From Polyangiales bacterium (lineage in GTDB: Bacteria > Myxococcota_A > Polyangia > Polyangiales > Polyangiaceae): a stretch of 64,000 nucleotides of DNA. Position numbers and translations under genes: made by a program. The stretch is taken from NCBI GenBank assembly GCA_038231275.1, contig JBBRLQ010000001.1, forward strand, positions 1 to 64,000. The letters are read 5' to 3'. Positions 48,690 to 58,835 of this stretch are shown here, in pieces (within the stretch, counting starts at the first letter, position 1; every line of letters starts with the position of its first letter). The notes beneath the pieces were generated by a model. The model was given only the letters and a program-made list of their open reading frames with translations. It ran no database searches and was not told the DNA's origin.

Positions 48690-50069
48690 TCAGCGGCGAC
48701 GGCGCGTGCGCGCGAACGCGTAAGCGAGGAAGGCGGCGAGCGCGCCGAGGGTGAGGGGGGCCCCGCCGGCGGGCGCATGGTCGGGCACGCTGCAGGCGAA
48801 CGAGCTGCCGCTCGATTTCGCGCGCGCGATCGCCTCGTCGCGCGGCGCAGTGCCGGCGGGATCGCACCCGTTGAAGATCGGGCACTGCGGTTGACCGGCC
48901 TCCTTCGAGGCTTGGCGCTGTCCCGCGAGCTCCGCGGGATCGGCGGCGGGCTGTAAGAGAAGATCGGCGGCGAGCGACGCGTGCGCGAGGTCGGCGCGGA
49001 GACGCGTGATGCGCGGTGCGGCCATCTCGTCGACGAGGGTGACGAGATCGGCCTCCCGCACCTGGTCGGCGGTCTTCGTGACGGCGCCGTTCGTATCGGT
49101 CACCGGCGCGTAGTCGTTGCCGTTCGGAGCCGCGACGCCGCCGCCCCCGCCGGAGGGCCCAAAGTAGTACCCGTTGCGGATCGCGTCGGCGATCGTGCGC
49201 GCTTGGAAGGTCGTCGAGGTCTCGGTCTCCCAGCTCTTTCCGTCCGTCGACTTCTGCGCGCGCAGGGCGCCGAAGTTGGACGTGTTCGTCGCCCAATCCC
49301 AGACGAGGTCCTCGCTCTTGATGGCGAAGTTCGGGAAATTCTGCGCCTCGTACCGTCCCTCGGCGACGATCCACAGCGTGATGCCGACCTTGGGGCCGGT
49401 GCCCGCCGCGACCATGCGCAGCGGCAGTGACGGAGAGCCCCCCGCCGTCGTCACGCGAACGGGGCGCATCGACTGCACGTTGGCACCCGGGCGAAGCTTG
49501 ATCGCGAGAAAATCGAAATGCTCTCGCACGTACGCGGCGACGATCGGCGCGACGTCGGCGGGAACCGAATAGCCGTTCTGCGTGAGCCAGTCGGTCAATG
49601 CCGTCGGGTTCGACGACGCGAGCTGCACCGTCTGGTACGGCCCGACCGTCTCTTGGCGAATCACCGTGACGCCACCGTGGTCTTCGGCCCCGGCCGCGCT
49701 CGGCGCCGAGAGTGCCTGCCGGCAGCTCGACGGATTGCCGGGGCAGCGCGGATCGGGCGCGACCACGGTCGACGCAGTCATGGCGTCGAGCGTCGCGAAC
49801 ATCGAGTCCGCGCTGAGGCCGACCGACGCCGCCCCGTTGATCGGGAGCACCCAGGCGAAGTCCTTCGGATTGCCCTGGTAGCGGATCTGGTCGTAGAGCG
49901 TGGTCTGGCGCGACGTGACCGTCAGGACCATGCGGTGATCCGTGATCACCGACTCGGTCTCCGTCGGCGGATGAAAGCACCCGCCGCACGCGCGCGCTTC
50001 TCCTTCGCTCACCAAGAGCGAGGCGCTGGCGAGCGCGGCGACGACGACGAGGCTCGCGATGGTTCGCAT
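48690..50069 (-). CDS. DUF2330-like protein with MYXO-CTERM-like tail (paralog 2)
   Basis: Same motifs; SFAC plus TM plus RRRR. Confidence 0.85.
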   Translation of the reverse strand: MRTIASLVVVAALASASLLVSEGEARACGGCFHPPTETESVITDHRMVLTVTSRQTTLYDQIRYQGNPKDFAWVLPINGAASVGLSADSMFATLDAMTASTVVAPDPRCPGNPSSCRQALSAPSAAGAEDHGGVTVIRQETVGPYQTVQLASSNPTALTDWLTQNGYSVPADVAPIVAAYVREHFDFLAIKLRPGANVQSMRPVRVTTAGGSPSLPLRMVAAGTGPKVGITLWIVAEGRYEAQNFPNFAIKSEDLVWDWATNTSNFGALRAQKSTDGKSWETETSTTFQARTIADAIRNGYYFGPSGGGGGVAAPNGNDYAPVTDTNGAVTKTADQVREADLVTLVDEMAAPRITRLRADLAHASLAADLLLQPAADPAELAGQRQASKEAGQPQCPIFNGCDPAGTAPRDEAIARAKSSGSSFACSVPDHAPAGGAPLTLGALAAFLAYAFARTRRRR

Positions 50070-50094
50070 GGGGGTTCCTCCAGGTTTCCGACGG

Positions 50095-51537
50095 TCAGCG
50101 CTTGGTCGAACGACGGCGGCTGCGGATGAACGAGATCGCCGCGAGGCCGAGCAGCCCCGAGTAGACCACGGTGCTGGTCGTCGGCGCGGTGCGCGCGGTG
50201 CTGCAGGAGAAGGACTCCTTGCTTCCACCCCCGCTCGCCGCGGCGGCCTGCGCCTGGCTCCGCGGTCCTTGGCCGACGAGGTCGCAGCCCTGGTAAATCG
50301 GGCACAGCGGCTCGTTCGCCTCTTTGGTGACCTGACGGAAGAGGGGCAACGTCGCCTGATCGGCGGAGGCCTGGAGCACCAGATCGCTGGCGAGCGCCGC
50401 GTGCGCGAGATCCGAGCGAAGGCGCGTGACGCGCACCGTGCCGGCGCTGGTCAGGCCGGTGAAGAGCGTGTCGATGTCCTCCTGGCGTACTTGATTCGGC
50501 GTCTCGCCGGAGCCCGCGTCGCCCGCGTCGATGCCGAGGTAGTCGGGGTTGCCGCTGCCGGTCCCGGGCGAAGAGCCGCGGAGGATCACGCTCGAGATCT
50601 GCGCCGGCGAGATGTCGGTCGAGTTCTCGGTCTCCCAGCCACGTCCGGCGGAGGCGGTGGTCTTGTCGGCGCGGAGCTGCGCGAAGTTGCTCGAGCTCGT
50701 CTTCCAATCCCAGAGGAGCTCGTCGGCGCCGATCTGGAAGCCAGGGAAATTTTGCGGCTCGTAGCGACCTTCGCCGATCACCCAAAGCGTGATCCCGACC
50801 GTAGCGCCGGTGCCGGCAGCGACCATGCGCAGCGGTAGGACCGGAGATCCGCCGGCGGTCGAAACGCGCACCGGGCGCATCGCGGAGACGCCCGCGCCGG
50901 GCACGAGCTTCAGCGCGAGGAAATCGTAGTGCTCGGTGACGTACGCCGAGATGATGGGCGTGACGTCGGCCGGGATCACGTAGCCGTGATCGGCGAGCCA
51001 CGTGTTGAGCGCGCTCGGATCGGTCGCGTGGAGCTGCACCGTCTCGTACGGACCGACCTGCTCTTCGTGCGTAACGACGACGCCTCCGTCCGACGCGACC
51101 CCGCCGCTTCCCGAGCTGCCGGAGCTGCTGCCACCCGACGCGGAGGGCGCGCCGGCGTTGTCGCTCGCGTACCCCTCGGAGCAGCTGCTCGGCGGGTTCG
51201 GGCAGTTCATCGGCGGCGCGCCGATGCTCGTCTCGGTCATCGAGCCGAGGGTCGTGAAGACGACGTCCGCGCTGAGGCCGACCTTCGCCGATCCGTTGAT
51301 CGGGAGGACCCACGCGAAGTCCTTCGGGTTCCCCGTGTACTTGATCTGATCGTAGAGCGTCGTTTGCGCCGACGAGACCGAGAGGATCATCCGGTGCGCC
51401 GTCACCATCGACGGGTCCTCCGTCGGGCCGGGCGGAGGATGGAAGCAGCCACCGCACGCGCGGGCGTCGCCCTCGAGCGCAACCATTCCGGCCGCCACCG
51501 CGACCGACGCCACCAAGCCAATCAAGACCTTTCGCAT
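50095..51537 (-). CDS. DUF2330-like protein with MYXO-CTERM-like tail (paralog 3)
   Basis: Same motifs; SFSC plus TM plus RSRRR; RBS GGAGG. Confidence 0.85.
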   Translation of the reverse strand: MRKVLIGLVASVAVAAGMVALEGDARACGGCFHPPPGPTEDPSMVTAHRMILSVSSAQTTLYDQIKYTGNPKDFAWVLPINGSAKVGLSADVVFTTLGSMTETSIGAPPMNCPNPPSSCSEGYASDNAGAPSASGGSSSGSSGSGGVASDGGVVVTHEEQVGPYETVQLHATDPSALNTWLADHGYVIPADVTPIISAYVTEHYDFLALKLVPGAGVSAMRPVRVSTAGGSPVLPLRMVAAGTGATVGITLWVIGEGRYEPQNFPGFQIGADELLWDWKTSSSNFAQLRADKTTASAGRGWETENSTDISPAQISSVILRGSSPGTGSGNPDYLGIDAGDAGSGETPNQVRQEDIDTLFTGLTSAGTVRVTRLRSDLAHAALASDLVLQASADQATLPLFRQVTKEANEPLCPIYQGCDLVGQGPRSQAQAAAASGGGSKESFSCSTARTAPTTSTVVYSGLLGLAAISFIRSRRRSTKR

Positions 51538-51594
51538 CACCGCCTCCGTTGCCCACCAACGCCGCACGCGCGGCGCCCAAGCGAGGGGGACCTA

Positions 51595-51610
51595 AGCAGT
51601 GGCCGTGCCA
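51595..51610 (-). promoter_or_regulatory. Putative sigma54 promoter of the DUF2330 cluster
   Basis: Minus strand TGGCACG-GCCA-CTGCT, near consensus. Confidence 0.65.
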
Positions 51611-51760
51611 GCCGCCAATGTGGCCGTATTCACTCGATTTTACAGAACTTGCGTGCCGGCCTGTCCGGACGGTGGCGTCAGACGCTGGCCCAGGTCGGCA
51701 CATGGCCCGCTTCGCAATTTTCTTTGCCTTCCAGGAAAAGTGGGAATAGACACGCGGCCC

Positions 51761-52072
51761 ATGCGAACCATCAAACTGCTTCTTGTCCTCGCTCCCTTTG
51801 CCCTCGCCGCGGCGTGCGGCGGCAAGAAGCCCGACATGGCGGACCCGAACATGCCGAGCACCCCGGACCTCGACGCCGGCGGTCTCCCGAGCCTTGACTC
51901 GTCCGCCCCGTCGATGGACACCCCGACGACGCCGACGACCCCGTCGACCGACATGGCGATGGACTCGGGCGCGGCGATGCCGACGACCCCGGCTGCTCCG
52001 ATGGACGCGGGCGGACCGCCGGATGCCGGCAAAAAGGGCGGCGGCAAGGGCGGCGGCAAGAAGAAGAAGTAA
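51761..52072 (+). CDS. Small low-complexity lipoprotein
   Basis: Lipobox AAAC; Pro/Asp/Met-rich body; Gly/Lys tail. Confidence 0.7.
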   Translation: MRTIKLLLVLAPFALAAACGGKKPDMADPNMPSTPDLDAGGLPSLDSSAPSMDTPTTPTTPSTDMAMDSGAAMPTTPAAPMDAGGPPDAGKKGGGKGGGKKKK

Positions 52073-52147
52073 CCAGACTTCGTAGCTTTTCTTCGAAGTT
52101 CGCTTCGCGGCGTGCCCGGACCTCCGGTGCGCGCCGCGTGCGTTTTG

Positions 52148-53680
52148 TCAGTCGGCGAACGGGTCGGGTTCCGCGACAGGGACATCGGGCGCGGGCTCTT
52201 CCTCGAGGTCGCCCGCGTCCGAGAGCTGGAGCGTGGGCTTCTCCTCTGCCGGACGGCGGAACGCGCTCGCCGCGAAGAGCGCGAGCACCGGCGCGACGAC
52301 CACGTGGTAGCGATCCTCGCCGAAGAAGACGGCGTGCGTGAGGACGGTCGTGCCCAGGAGCGCCAGCGGGAGCTTTAGCGCCGGCGCCATCGGCGGGCGA
52401 CCTGGAATCGGAAGCCACGGGACGATCGAGAGGAAGACGACAAGTGGCCAGAACGTCGGGACGCCGCCGATGTTCGGGAGAATGGCGAGCGCCGCGACGG
52501 CCGCGAGGGCGAGCGCTTGCGCCATGACGCCCTTTCCGCGAAGGCGCAGCGCGACGCACCCGAGCGCGGCGAGCACGACGAGGCCGCGGTGAAACCACGA
52601 GAGGACGTCCCGCACCTGGACGCGCCGCGCCTCGGGCCACGCCGACGGATTCGCTTCGCGGAGGTACTCCACGGCGAACGACTCGTGATCGAACGTGTAC
52701 GCGAGCTTCTTCGGGACGAGCCCGAGCCAGCGCATCGGCGCCGCCTTGATCTCGGCGACGCCGTACCCGAACCAGCAGCGATCTTGCTGCACCTGGCCGG
52801 TCACCTCGCGGCAGCCGTCGGTCGCGCGCAGCGTCTCGAAGCGGCCCGTCGCGCGGGGAAATGCGCCGATCGCGAGGTTCCACCCGGCGTTCGTGCTGAC
52901 GAGCGCGCAGCCGTCCATCACGCGGCAGTTGCGCGCGGTCCACGGCAAGACCGGCGCGATCGTGAGGATGCACACGACGACGATCTGCGCGGTGCGGCGG
53001 ATGAAGACGCGGCCGGGCGGGAGCGGCGTGTCCTCGGGGGTGCGCGGTTGGAGCATCGCCAGGAACGGCGCGCAGAGCAGCGCTTGCGGGCGAACCAGCG
53101 CGGCGACCCCCAGCATGAGCGCACCCGCGATGACCCCGCGCGGCTGGGCCTCGCGCACGGCGAGCCAGAACGCGGCCAGCGTGAGCAGCGCGGCGAGCGG
53201 CTCGCTCATGACCAGCCCCGAATAGAGAATGAGCCCGGGGTGGAGCGCGACGATGAGCCCGGCGACGCGCGCCCGCCAGGTGACGAGCGCATAGCGCGCG
53301 AGGAGCCAGGTCATGACCGCGAGGAGCGCGCCAGTGACGGCGTTGACGAGCGGCGCGACGAGCGTGCCGGTGCCGAAGACCTTGTAGAAGAACGCGAGGT
53401 ACCCGCTGTAGCCGACCGGGTAGTGGCACCACGGATGCCAGACCGTGAAGCCGTCGACGCTCGTGTCGTCGGAGTAGCCGAGCCCGGCCGCGATGCGTCG
53501 CGCGCCGAAGTCGTAGTAGTGCCCGTCCCACACGGGCTCCCGCACCATCTGGAGGGCGACGTAGATGCGCGGCGCGACCGCCACGAAGAAGAGGAGAAGC
53601 CCGAAGAGGCGATCGTCGTCCAGCAAAGAGCCAGACGAGCCAGACGAGCGGGCAGAGCGGAACGAGCGGCCTGCCTTCAC
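52148..53680 (-). CDS. GT-C (ArnT/PMT-like) membrane glycosyltransferase
   Basis: WDGHYY, YPVGYS, MSEPL, LVRP, PWTARN, EDRYH; many TMs; GTGA overlap. Confidence 0.82.
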   Translation of the reverse strand: MKAGRSFRSARSSGSSGSLLDDDRLFGLLLFFVAVAPRIYVALQMVREPVWDGHYYDFGARRIAAGLGYSDDTSVDGFTVWHPWCHYPVGYSGYLAFFYKVFGTGTLVAPLVNAVTGALLAVMTWLLARYALVTWRARVAGLIVALHPGLILYSGLVMSEPLAALLTLAAFWLAVREAQPRGVIAGALMLGVAALVRPQALLCAPFLAMLQPRTPEDTPLPPGRVFIRRTAQIVVVCILTIAPVLPWTARNCRVMDGCALVSTNAGWNLAIGAFPRATGRFETLRATDGCREVTGQVQQDRCWFGYGVAEIKAAPMRWLGLVPKKLAYTFDHESFAVEYLREANPSAWPEARRVQVRDVLSWFHRGLVVLAALGCVALRLRGKGVMAQALALAAVAALAILPNIGGVPTFWPLVVFLSIVPWLPIPGRPPMAPALKLPLALLGTTVLTHAVFFGEDRYHVVVAPVLALFAASAFRRPAEEKPTLQLSDAGDLEEEPAPDVPVAEPDPFAD

Positions 53681-55284
53681 GAAGCGCTCCGCCCGTCGTT
53701 CGCCTCCCGCATTCGACGCATGTACGTCTTTTGCACCTGGGAAGGGTCGAGCCTCAAGAATTTGGCGACTTCCGCGACGAAGCCCTTCACGTAGACGGCG
53801 GCAGGGAGGCTCGCCCACTCCTCTTCTTCGATCGCCGCGAGGTGCGTGCGCGCGATCTTGGTCCTGGCGCTGATCTCGAGCAGCTCGATGCCTTGCGACT
53901 CGCGGACCTTGCGGAGCAGGGTGCCGGTGAACTCGGTGTCTGGTCCGATCTCGCGCGCGAGCTCGGCCTTCAGCATCAGCTGCTCGGCGGCGAGGGCCGG
54001 CGGCGGGACCGAGCGCTTCTCCGCGAGCGTCGGCTCGGCGGCGTCGGGGAACGTCGACAGATCGTATGCGCGGCGCCGCACGAGATCGAGGAGGGTGTCG
54101 TACGCCTCGTCGAGGCGCGTCTGCTCGGCTTTCAGCTGCGGCTCGGTGAGGAGCGCCGAGGTCGCGAGGCCGCCCGTCGCGTACACCTCGCGCTGGCGCT
54201 TGTAGGCGCGACGCACCTCCTCGTCGTTCGACGAGCGCGTGATTCCGAGGACCGCGTAGTGGCTCGGGTTCTCGGTGGGGATGAGCGGCGGCACGGTCCC
54301 TTGCGTGCGCGACGCGGTGATCGCGAGCACGCGACGCGCGATGCGCTCGAGGTTGCGCGCGGCCTTGCTCGTCGGGCTGTCGACGAGGAGCGGCTTGTTG
54401 CGCCGCACCGTGAGCCACACCGTGTCGTCGTGCTCGATGTGACCGAGCTCGTCGAGGACGACGCCGAGGTGCCGAAGGGCGAGCGCGCTCATCCACGTGC
54501 CGACCTCCAGATCGGTGCGCACCCGCGTCTGGTTCACGACGAGGTTCATCTTCATGCGATGCGCCTCGGACCACGCGAGCTCGGCGAGCTTTCCGTCCAT
54601 CTTCTGGAAGGCGCGGATCAGGTCCAGCGGCGACGGCAACGTTCCGATGTCGGTGATGGCGCGCTCCATCATGCCGAGGCGGAACCGATCGCGGAGGAGC
54701 GCGCGTCGCAGGCGGCGGCGGAACGCCGCGCGGAGGAAGCGGTAGGTGGTCTCGATCGCGGGCGGCTCCGGGACGGTGACGCAAATGGCGACGTCGGCGT
54801 CGAGCATCAGATCGAGCGCGAAATGGCCGTGACCGGGGCCGACATCGACGACGAGGTACTCCGCCGGCAGCGCACGGACGCGCGCGAGCCAGCGCGCCTT
54901 GCGTCCCGCGCGGAGGGCGAGCGGCGGCAGGATCGAGTCGTGCGGCGCCGGCAAGAGCGAGAGGCCGGGCACGTTCGTGGCCACCAGACCGCGCTCGAAC
55001 TGCGCCTGCGCCGACGCCTCGAGCGGAGGGTCCTGGCTCGACGCCGGGATGCCGAAGCTCGCGTGGAGGTTCGCGCCCGTCGAGTCGGCATCGACGAGGA
55101 CGACGGGCTTGCCGAGCTGCGCGAAGTAGACCGCGAGGTTCTGCGCGACGAGCGACTTGCCGACCCCTCCGCGACCTCCACCCACCACGACCAGGCGACG
55201 CGCGGCGCGGGGCGACTCCGGCGCATCCGAGTCGGGCGCGTCGCTGGACGGAGGCGGAAAGGATGAAGGGTGCGACGAGGACAC
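53677..55284 (-). CDS. MinD/FlhG-like ATPase fused to a J-like domain and RodZ-type HTH
   Basis: GGRGGVGKS, LVDAD..GANL, VDVGPG, VTVPEP; HYAVLGI...VRRAY; LRKVRESQGIEL..IS..TKI...L.AIE. Confidence 0.85.
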   Translation of the reverse strand: MSSSHPSSFPPPSSDAPDSDAPESPRAARRLVVVGGGRGGVGKSLVAQNLAVYFAQLGKPVVLVDADSTGANLHASFGIPASSQDPPLEASAQAQFERGLVATNVPGLSLLPAPHDSILPPLALRAGRKARWLARVRALPAEYLVVDVGPGHGHFALDLMLDADVAICVTVPEPPAIETTYRFLRAAFRRRLRRALLRDRFRLGMMERAITDIGTLPSPLDLIRAFQKMDGKLAELAWSEAHRMKMNLVVNQTRVRTDLEVGTWMSALALRHLGVVLDELGHIEHDDTVWLTVRRNKPLLVDSPTSKAARNLERIARRVLAITASRTQGTVPPLIPTENPSHYAVLGITRSSNDEEVRRAYKRQREVYATGGLATSALLTEPQLKAEQTRLDEAYDTLLDLVRRRAYDLSTFPDAAEPTLAEKRSVPPPALAAEQLMLKAELAREIGPDTEFTGTLLRKVRESQGIELLEISARTKIARTHLAAIEEEEWASLPAAVYVKGFVAEVAKFLRLDPSQVQKTYMRRMREANDGRSAS

Positions 55285-55345
55285 GAGAAGCGCGGACGGT
55301 AGGCCGCGCCGTGCGGATTGTCCACGCGCTTGCTACGCTGCATCC

Positions 55346-56059
55346 GTGGCAAGCGCGCGCACTCTGGGGCTCGCCGGTTTCGCGTCCGTTGCGCTCCTCG
55401 CAGCGGCGGCAGGCGCGTGCAGCGGCCGCGGCGCGAGCGTCGACGGCGCCGGCCCCGACGGCTCCACCGACGACGCGGCCGCGAGCGATGGCGCGGCGAT
55501 CGACGGCGGCGGCGGCGGCGACGGGGGCTCGCCGTTCGTCTACGGACAGTGCGCGACGAAGCCCCTCACCGCGGGCTCGCGCACCGGTCCGAAATCGAGC
55601 GTGACATTGCATTGGCCGACGCCGTGGGTCGGGCTCAGCCCGCAGCCTTCGACGAACACGTTCACGGTCAATGCACCCTACACCTACGTGCCGACCGGAA
55701 AGACGGTCGCGACGCCGTCGGCGGCGGCCGTCACGCTCTGGGACGACGAGACACGGCCGAGCGACGCCGATCTCCAGAAGCGCATCGACGACGCGGTGAA
55801 GGGGCTTCCTCCTGCGAACGTGCGGCGCTTCACGCTCGACGGTCAGCAGGCCGTCCTTTTCTGGGCGCAGACGCCGCCACCGCAGTCCGGATGCCAGGGC
55901 TGCCCCGTGGACCCGGGGCCGGACTACGTCGCGATCACGCTCTTCGCGTCGCGAGGGCTCCAGCTCGTGCAGCTGACGGGGCAGGCGCGCGTGAACGCGA
56001 CGGGGGACGTCCTCTGCGACATCCAGTCGATCGCCCTCGGCCTCACCTGGAACCGCTGA
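55346..56059 (+). CDS. Hypothetical lipoprotein
   Basis: Lipobox AGAC; DG-rich linker; coding-like GC3. Confidence 0.7.
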   Translation: MASARTLGLAGFASVALLAAAAGACSGRGASVDGAGPDGSTDDAAASDGAAIDGGGGGDGGSPFVYGQCATKPLTAGSRTGPKSSVTLHWPTPWVGLSPQPSTNTFTVNAPYTYVPTGKTVATPSAAAVTLWDDETRPSDADLQKRIDDAVKGLPPANVRRFTLDGQQAVLFWAQTPPPQSGCQGCPVDPGPDYVAITLFASRGLQLVQLTGQARVNATGDVLCDIQSIALGLTWNR

Positions 56060-56157
56060 TTTACGGCCGAAAACGAGGGAGGGCGGCGCCCATTTTCGCG
56101 TATCACCCGGCGCGCCATGGCCTCGTCGCGACGGGGAGTTACACTGGCCGACCCTCG

Positions 56158-57153
56158 ATGAACGTTCGCCCGCACCGCCTCCTCTCCCCCGCGCACGCGC
56201 TCGCGGCTGCCGTCCTCGTCGCGACGGCGATCGCACCCTCGCGCGCGTACGCCCAGGACCGGACGGCGGAGGTGCTCTACCAGGAGGGCAAGGCCGCCGC
56301 GAAGAACAAGGACTGGGCGGTCGCATGCGCGAAGTTCCAGGAGAGCCACAGCCGCGAGCCCGCGCCGGGCACGCTGCTGAACCTCGCCGACTGCGAGGAG
56401 AACCGCGGTCAGCTCACGCTCGCCATCTCCCATTTCGAAGCGGCCGCGCGCATGGTCAAGCCCGGTGACGAACGCGCGGAGTACGCGCGGCAGCGATCGT
56501 TCGCGATCGACCGGCGGGCGCCGAAGCTCACGTTGCGCCTCCACCCGTCGACTCCCGAGGGGACGACGGTCGAGCGCGACGGATCGCCGGTCGCGGCGAC
56601 GCAGATCGGCGCGCCGATCGCGGTCGACCCGGGCGCACACACGTTGGTCGTCCGCGCGCCGGGACGCACCGAGATCCGCGGCAGCGTGAACGTGCGCGAC
56701 GGCGAGACGCGCGAAATCGAGCTCACCGCCGGCATGCCGATTCCGATGGGAACGACGACGCCATCGAAGCCGACGACGAAGGACGCGCCTGCAACGAGCA
56801 TCGAACCATCGGACGGCTCGCTCCGCACGCTCGCGTTCGTGAGCCTCGGCGTCGGCGCGGTGGGGCTCGGCGTCGGCATCGTCGGGGGCCTCGTCACGAT
56901 GGGCGCGAAGAGCAGCGCCGATCAGCACTGCCCGACCAACGGCTGCGACCCCGACGGCCTGGCCGCCGAGAGCCGCGGCAAGACGTGGAGCGCGATCAGC
57001 ACGGTCGGCTTCATCGCAGGCGGCGTCGGCCTCGCCGCGGGAGCCGGCCTCCTCCTCTTCGCGCCCAAGACACAGAAGGGCACCGCGGCCGGGGGGCTCT
57101 CCGTGCAGCCGACCGTCGCCGGCGCGCAACTGCGTTGGGTCGGGAGCTTCTGA
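56158..57153 (+). CDS. TPR/PEGA-like protein with C-terminal hydrophobic segments
   Basis: ACAKFQES..PAPGTLLNLADC; VDPGAHTLVVRAPG; myxobacterial-type architecture. Confidence 0.85.
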   Translation: MNVRPHRLLSPAHALAAAVLVATAIAPSRAYAQDRTAEVLYQEGKAAAKNKDWAVACAKFQESHSREPAPGTLLNLADCEENRGQLTLAISHFEAAARMVKPGDERAEYARQRSFAIDRRAPKLTLRLHPSTPEGTTVERDGSPVAATQIGAPIAVDPGAHTLVVRAPGRTEIRGSVNVRDGETREIELTAGMPIPMGTTTPSKPTTKDAPATSIEPSDGSLRTLAFVSLGVGAVGLGVGIVGGLVTMGAKSSADQHCPTNGCDPDGLAAESRGKTWSAISTVGFIAGGVGLAAGAGLLLFAPKTQKGTAAGGLSVQPTVAGAQLRWVGSF

Positions 57154-57160
57154 GGCTCCG

Positions 57161-58663
57161 ATGCCTGCGCTGGGCCGTCGCCTCCTCGCGTGGGCCCTCT
57201 CCGGCGCGCTCCTTGCGGTCGTCGCGCTCGCGGCGCTCGTCGCGAACGGATGCGCGTCGCTCCTCGGTGCCGACTTCGATCGCGGCGGGGCGGGCACCGA
57301 CATCGACGGCGGCGTGACCGGCGGTGATGGCGGCGTGATCACGTCCCCCGACGGCGCGACGACCGCCGACGGCGCGACCGGCGGCCCCTGCGTGCGCGAC
57401 GACGCCGCCGACTGCGCCGCAAAATGCGGCGAGCTGAAGGGACGCTGCGGCCAAGTCATCACGTGCGGCGGCTGCCCGACCGGCCAGAGCTGCGGCGGCG
57501 GCGGCACCAACACCTGCGGAAGCGGCGCGTGCACGCCGAGCTGCACCGGCAAGGCGTGCGGCGACAACGACGGATGCAGCAGCGTGTGCGTGACCGGCGC
57601 GTGCGGGAGCGGCCTCCGGTGCGTCTCCGGCACCTGCGCGTGCGACACGACCTCGTGCCCGGGTTGCTGCGACGGCAACGCGTGCAAACCCGGCGGCGAC
57701 GACACCGCGTGCGGCAAGGGCGGCACCGCGTGCACAGTGTGCAAGGCGGGGACGTCGTGCGGCACGGGCGACTGTGGGACGTGCGGCGGCAGCGGCCAGC
57801 CGTGCTGCGCGGGCAACCAGTGCGCGAGCCCCGGCACGTGCGGCGGCGGTGGACAGGTCGGCATCTGCGGCTGCACGCCGAGCTGCGCGGGCAAGACGTG
57901 CGGTGCGAGCGACGGCTGCGGCGGCACATGCAACGCAGGCTCGTGCGCGTTCGGCCTCCACTGCTCCGGCGGCACGTGCGCATGCGACGGCACGAGCTGC
58001 AGCGGCTGCTGCCAAGCCGGCCAGTGCATCGGCGGCACGCAGACGAGCGGGTGCGGCAAGGGGGGCGTCGGTTGCGCGGTCTGCCCGGCGCCGACGAGCG
58101 GCGGCACGGCGACCTGCGACGGCACCAGCTGCGGCGTCTCGTGCAACTCCGGCTACTCCGCGTGCGGCGTCGGCCAATGCTGCCCGAACAAGACCATCTT
58201 CGTCGCCGCCGGATCGTTCAACGGCAACCTCGGCGGCTTGAGCGGCGCCGACACGACGTGCCAGACCCAGGGTGCGCCCTTCGGCGGCACCTTCAAGGCG
58301 TGGCTCAGCGACAGCCAGCAGACCGCCGCCGGTCGCCTCACGCACTCGACGGGCCCGTACTTCCTCTACGACGGCGTCACCAGGGTCGCGAACGACTGGA
58401 ACGGCCTCGTGAGCGGCACGCTCCTCCACGAGATCGATCGGACGGCGACGGGCACCGCGACGCTCGACGAGGTCATCCGCACCGGCACGACTCCTTCGGG
58501 CGCGTACAGCGGCATGAGCTGCCGCGATTGGGGGAGCGGCGCCAACGCCGACGGCAGCGGCTACGGCCAATCGAACCAGAACGGCGCGAAGTGGACCCAG
58601 AACGGCACGCTCAACGTCGCGTGCGACTACTCGACGACGTCGTTCTACTGCGTCCAGCAATGA
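57161..58663 (+). CDS. Cys/Gly-rich lipoprotein with C-terminal DUF1554/endostatin-like domain
   Basis: Lipobox ANGC; repeated CTPSC.GK.CG..DGC; GNLGGLSGADTTCQ...FKAWLS...FYCVQQ. Confidence 0.82.
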   Translation: MPALGRRLLAWALSGALLAVVALAALVANGCASLLGADFDRGGAGTDIDGGVTGGDGGVITSPDGATTADGATGGPCVRDDAADCAAKCGELKGRCGQVITCGGCPTGQSCGGGGTNTCGSGACTPSCTGKACGDNDGCSSVCVTGACGSGLRCVSGTCACDTTSCPGCCDGNACKPGGDDTACGKGGTACTVCKAGTSCGTGDCGTCGGSGQPCCAGNQCASPGTCGGGGQVGICGCTPSCAGKTCGASDGCGGTCNAGSCAFGLHCSGGTCACDGTSCSGCCQAGQCIGGTQTSGCGKGGVGCAVCPAPTSGGTATCDGTSCGVSCNSGYSACGVGQCCPNKTIFVAAGSFNGNLGGLSGADTTCQTQGAPFGGTFKAWLSDSQQTAAGRLTHSTGPYFLYDGVTRVANDWNGLVSGTLLHEIDRTATGTATLDEVIRTGTTPSGAYSGMSCRDWGSGANADGSGYGQSNQNGAKWTQNGTLNVACDYSTTSFYCVQQ

Positions 58664-58835
58664 GCCGAAGTCGTTTGGCCGTCGCGGGCAACCAGCGGGC
58701 GCGACCGACGAGAAAGTGTTTCTTTGAGGTTCTATAAGCGACCCGCCCCCTCATCCATCGAGAATTGCGCCCCTTTACCGTGACCGCGCAGCGGCGCTTG
58801 CGGCGGCGCGGCCTCAAATGTACGAGGTTGGCTCG

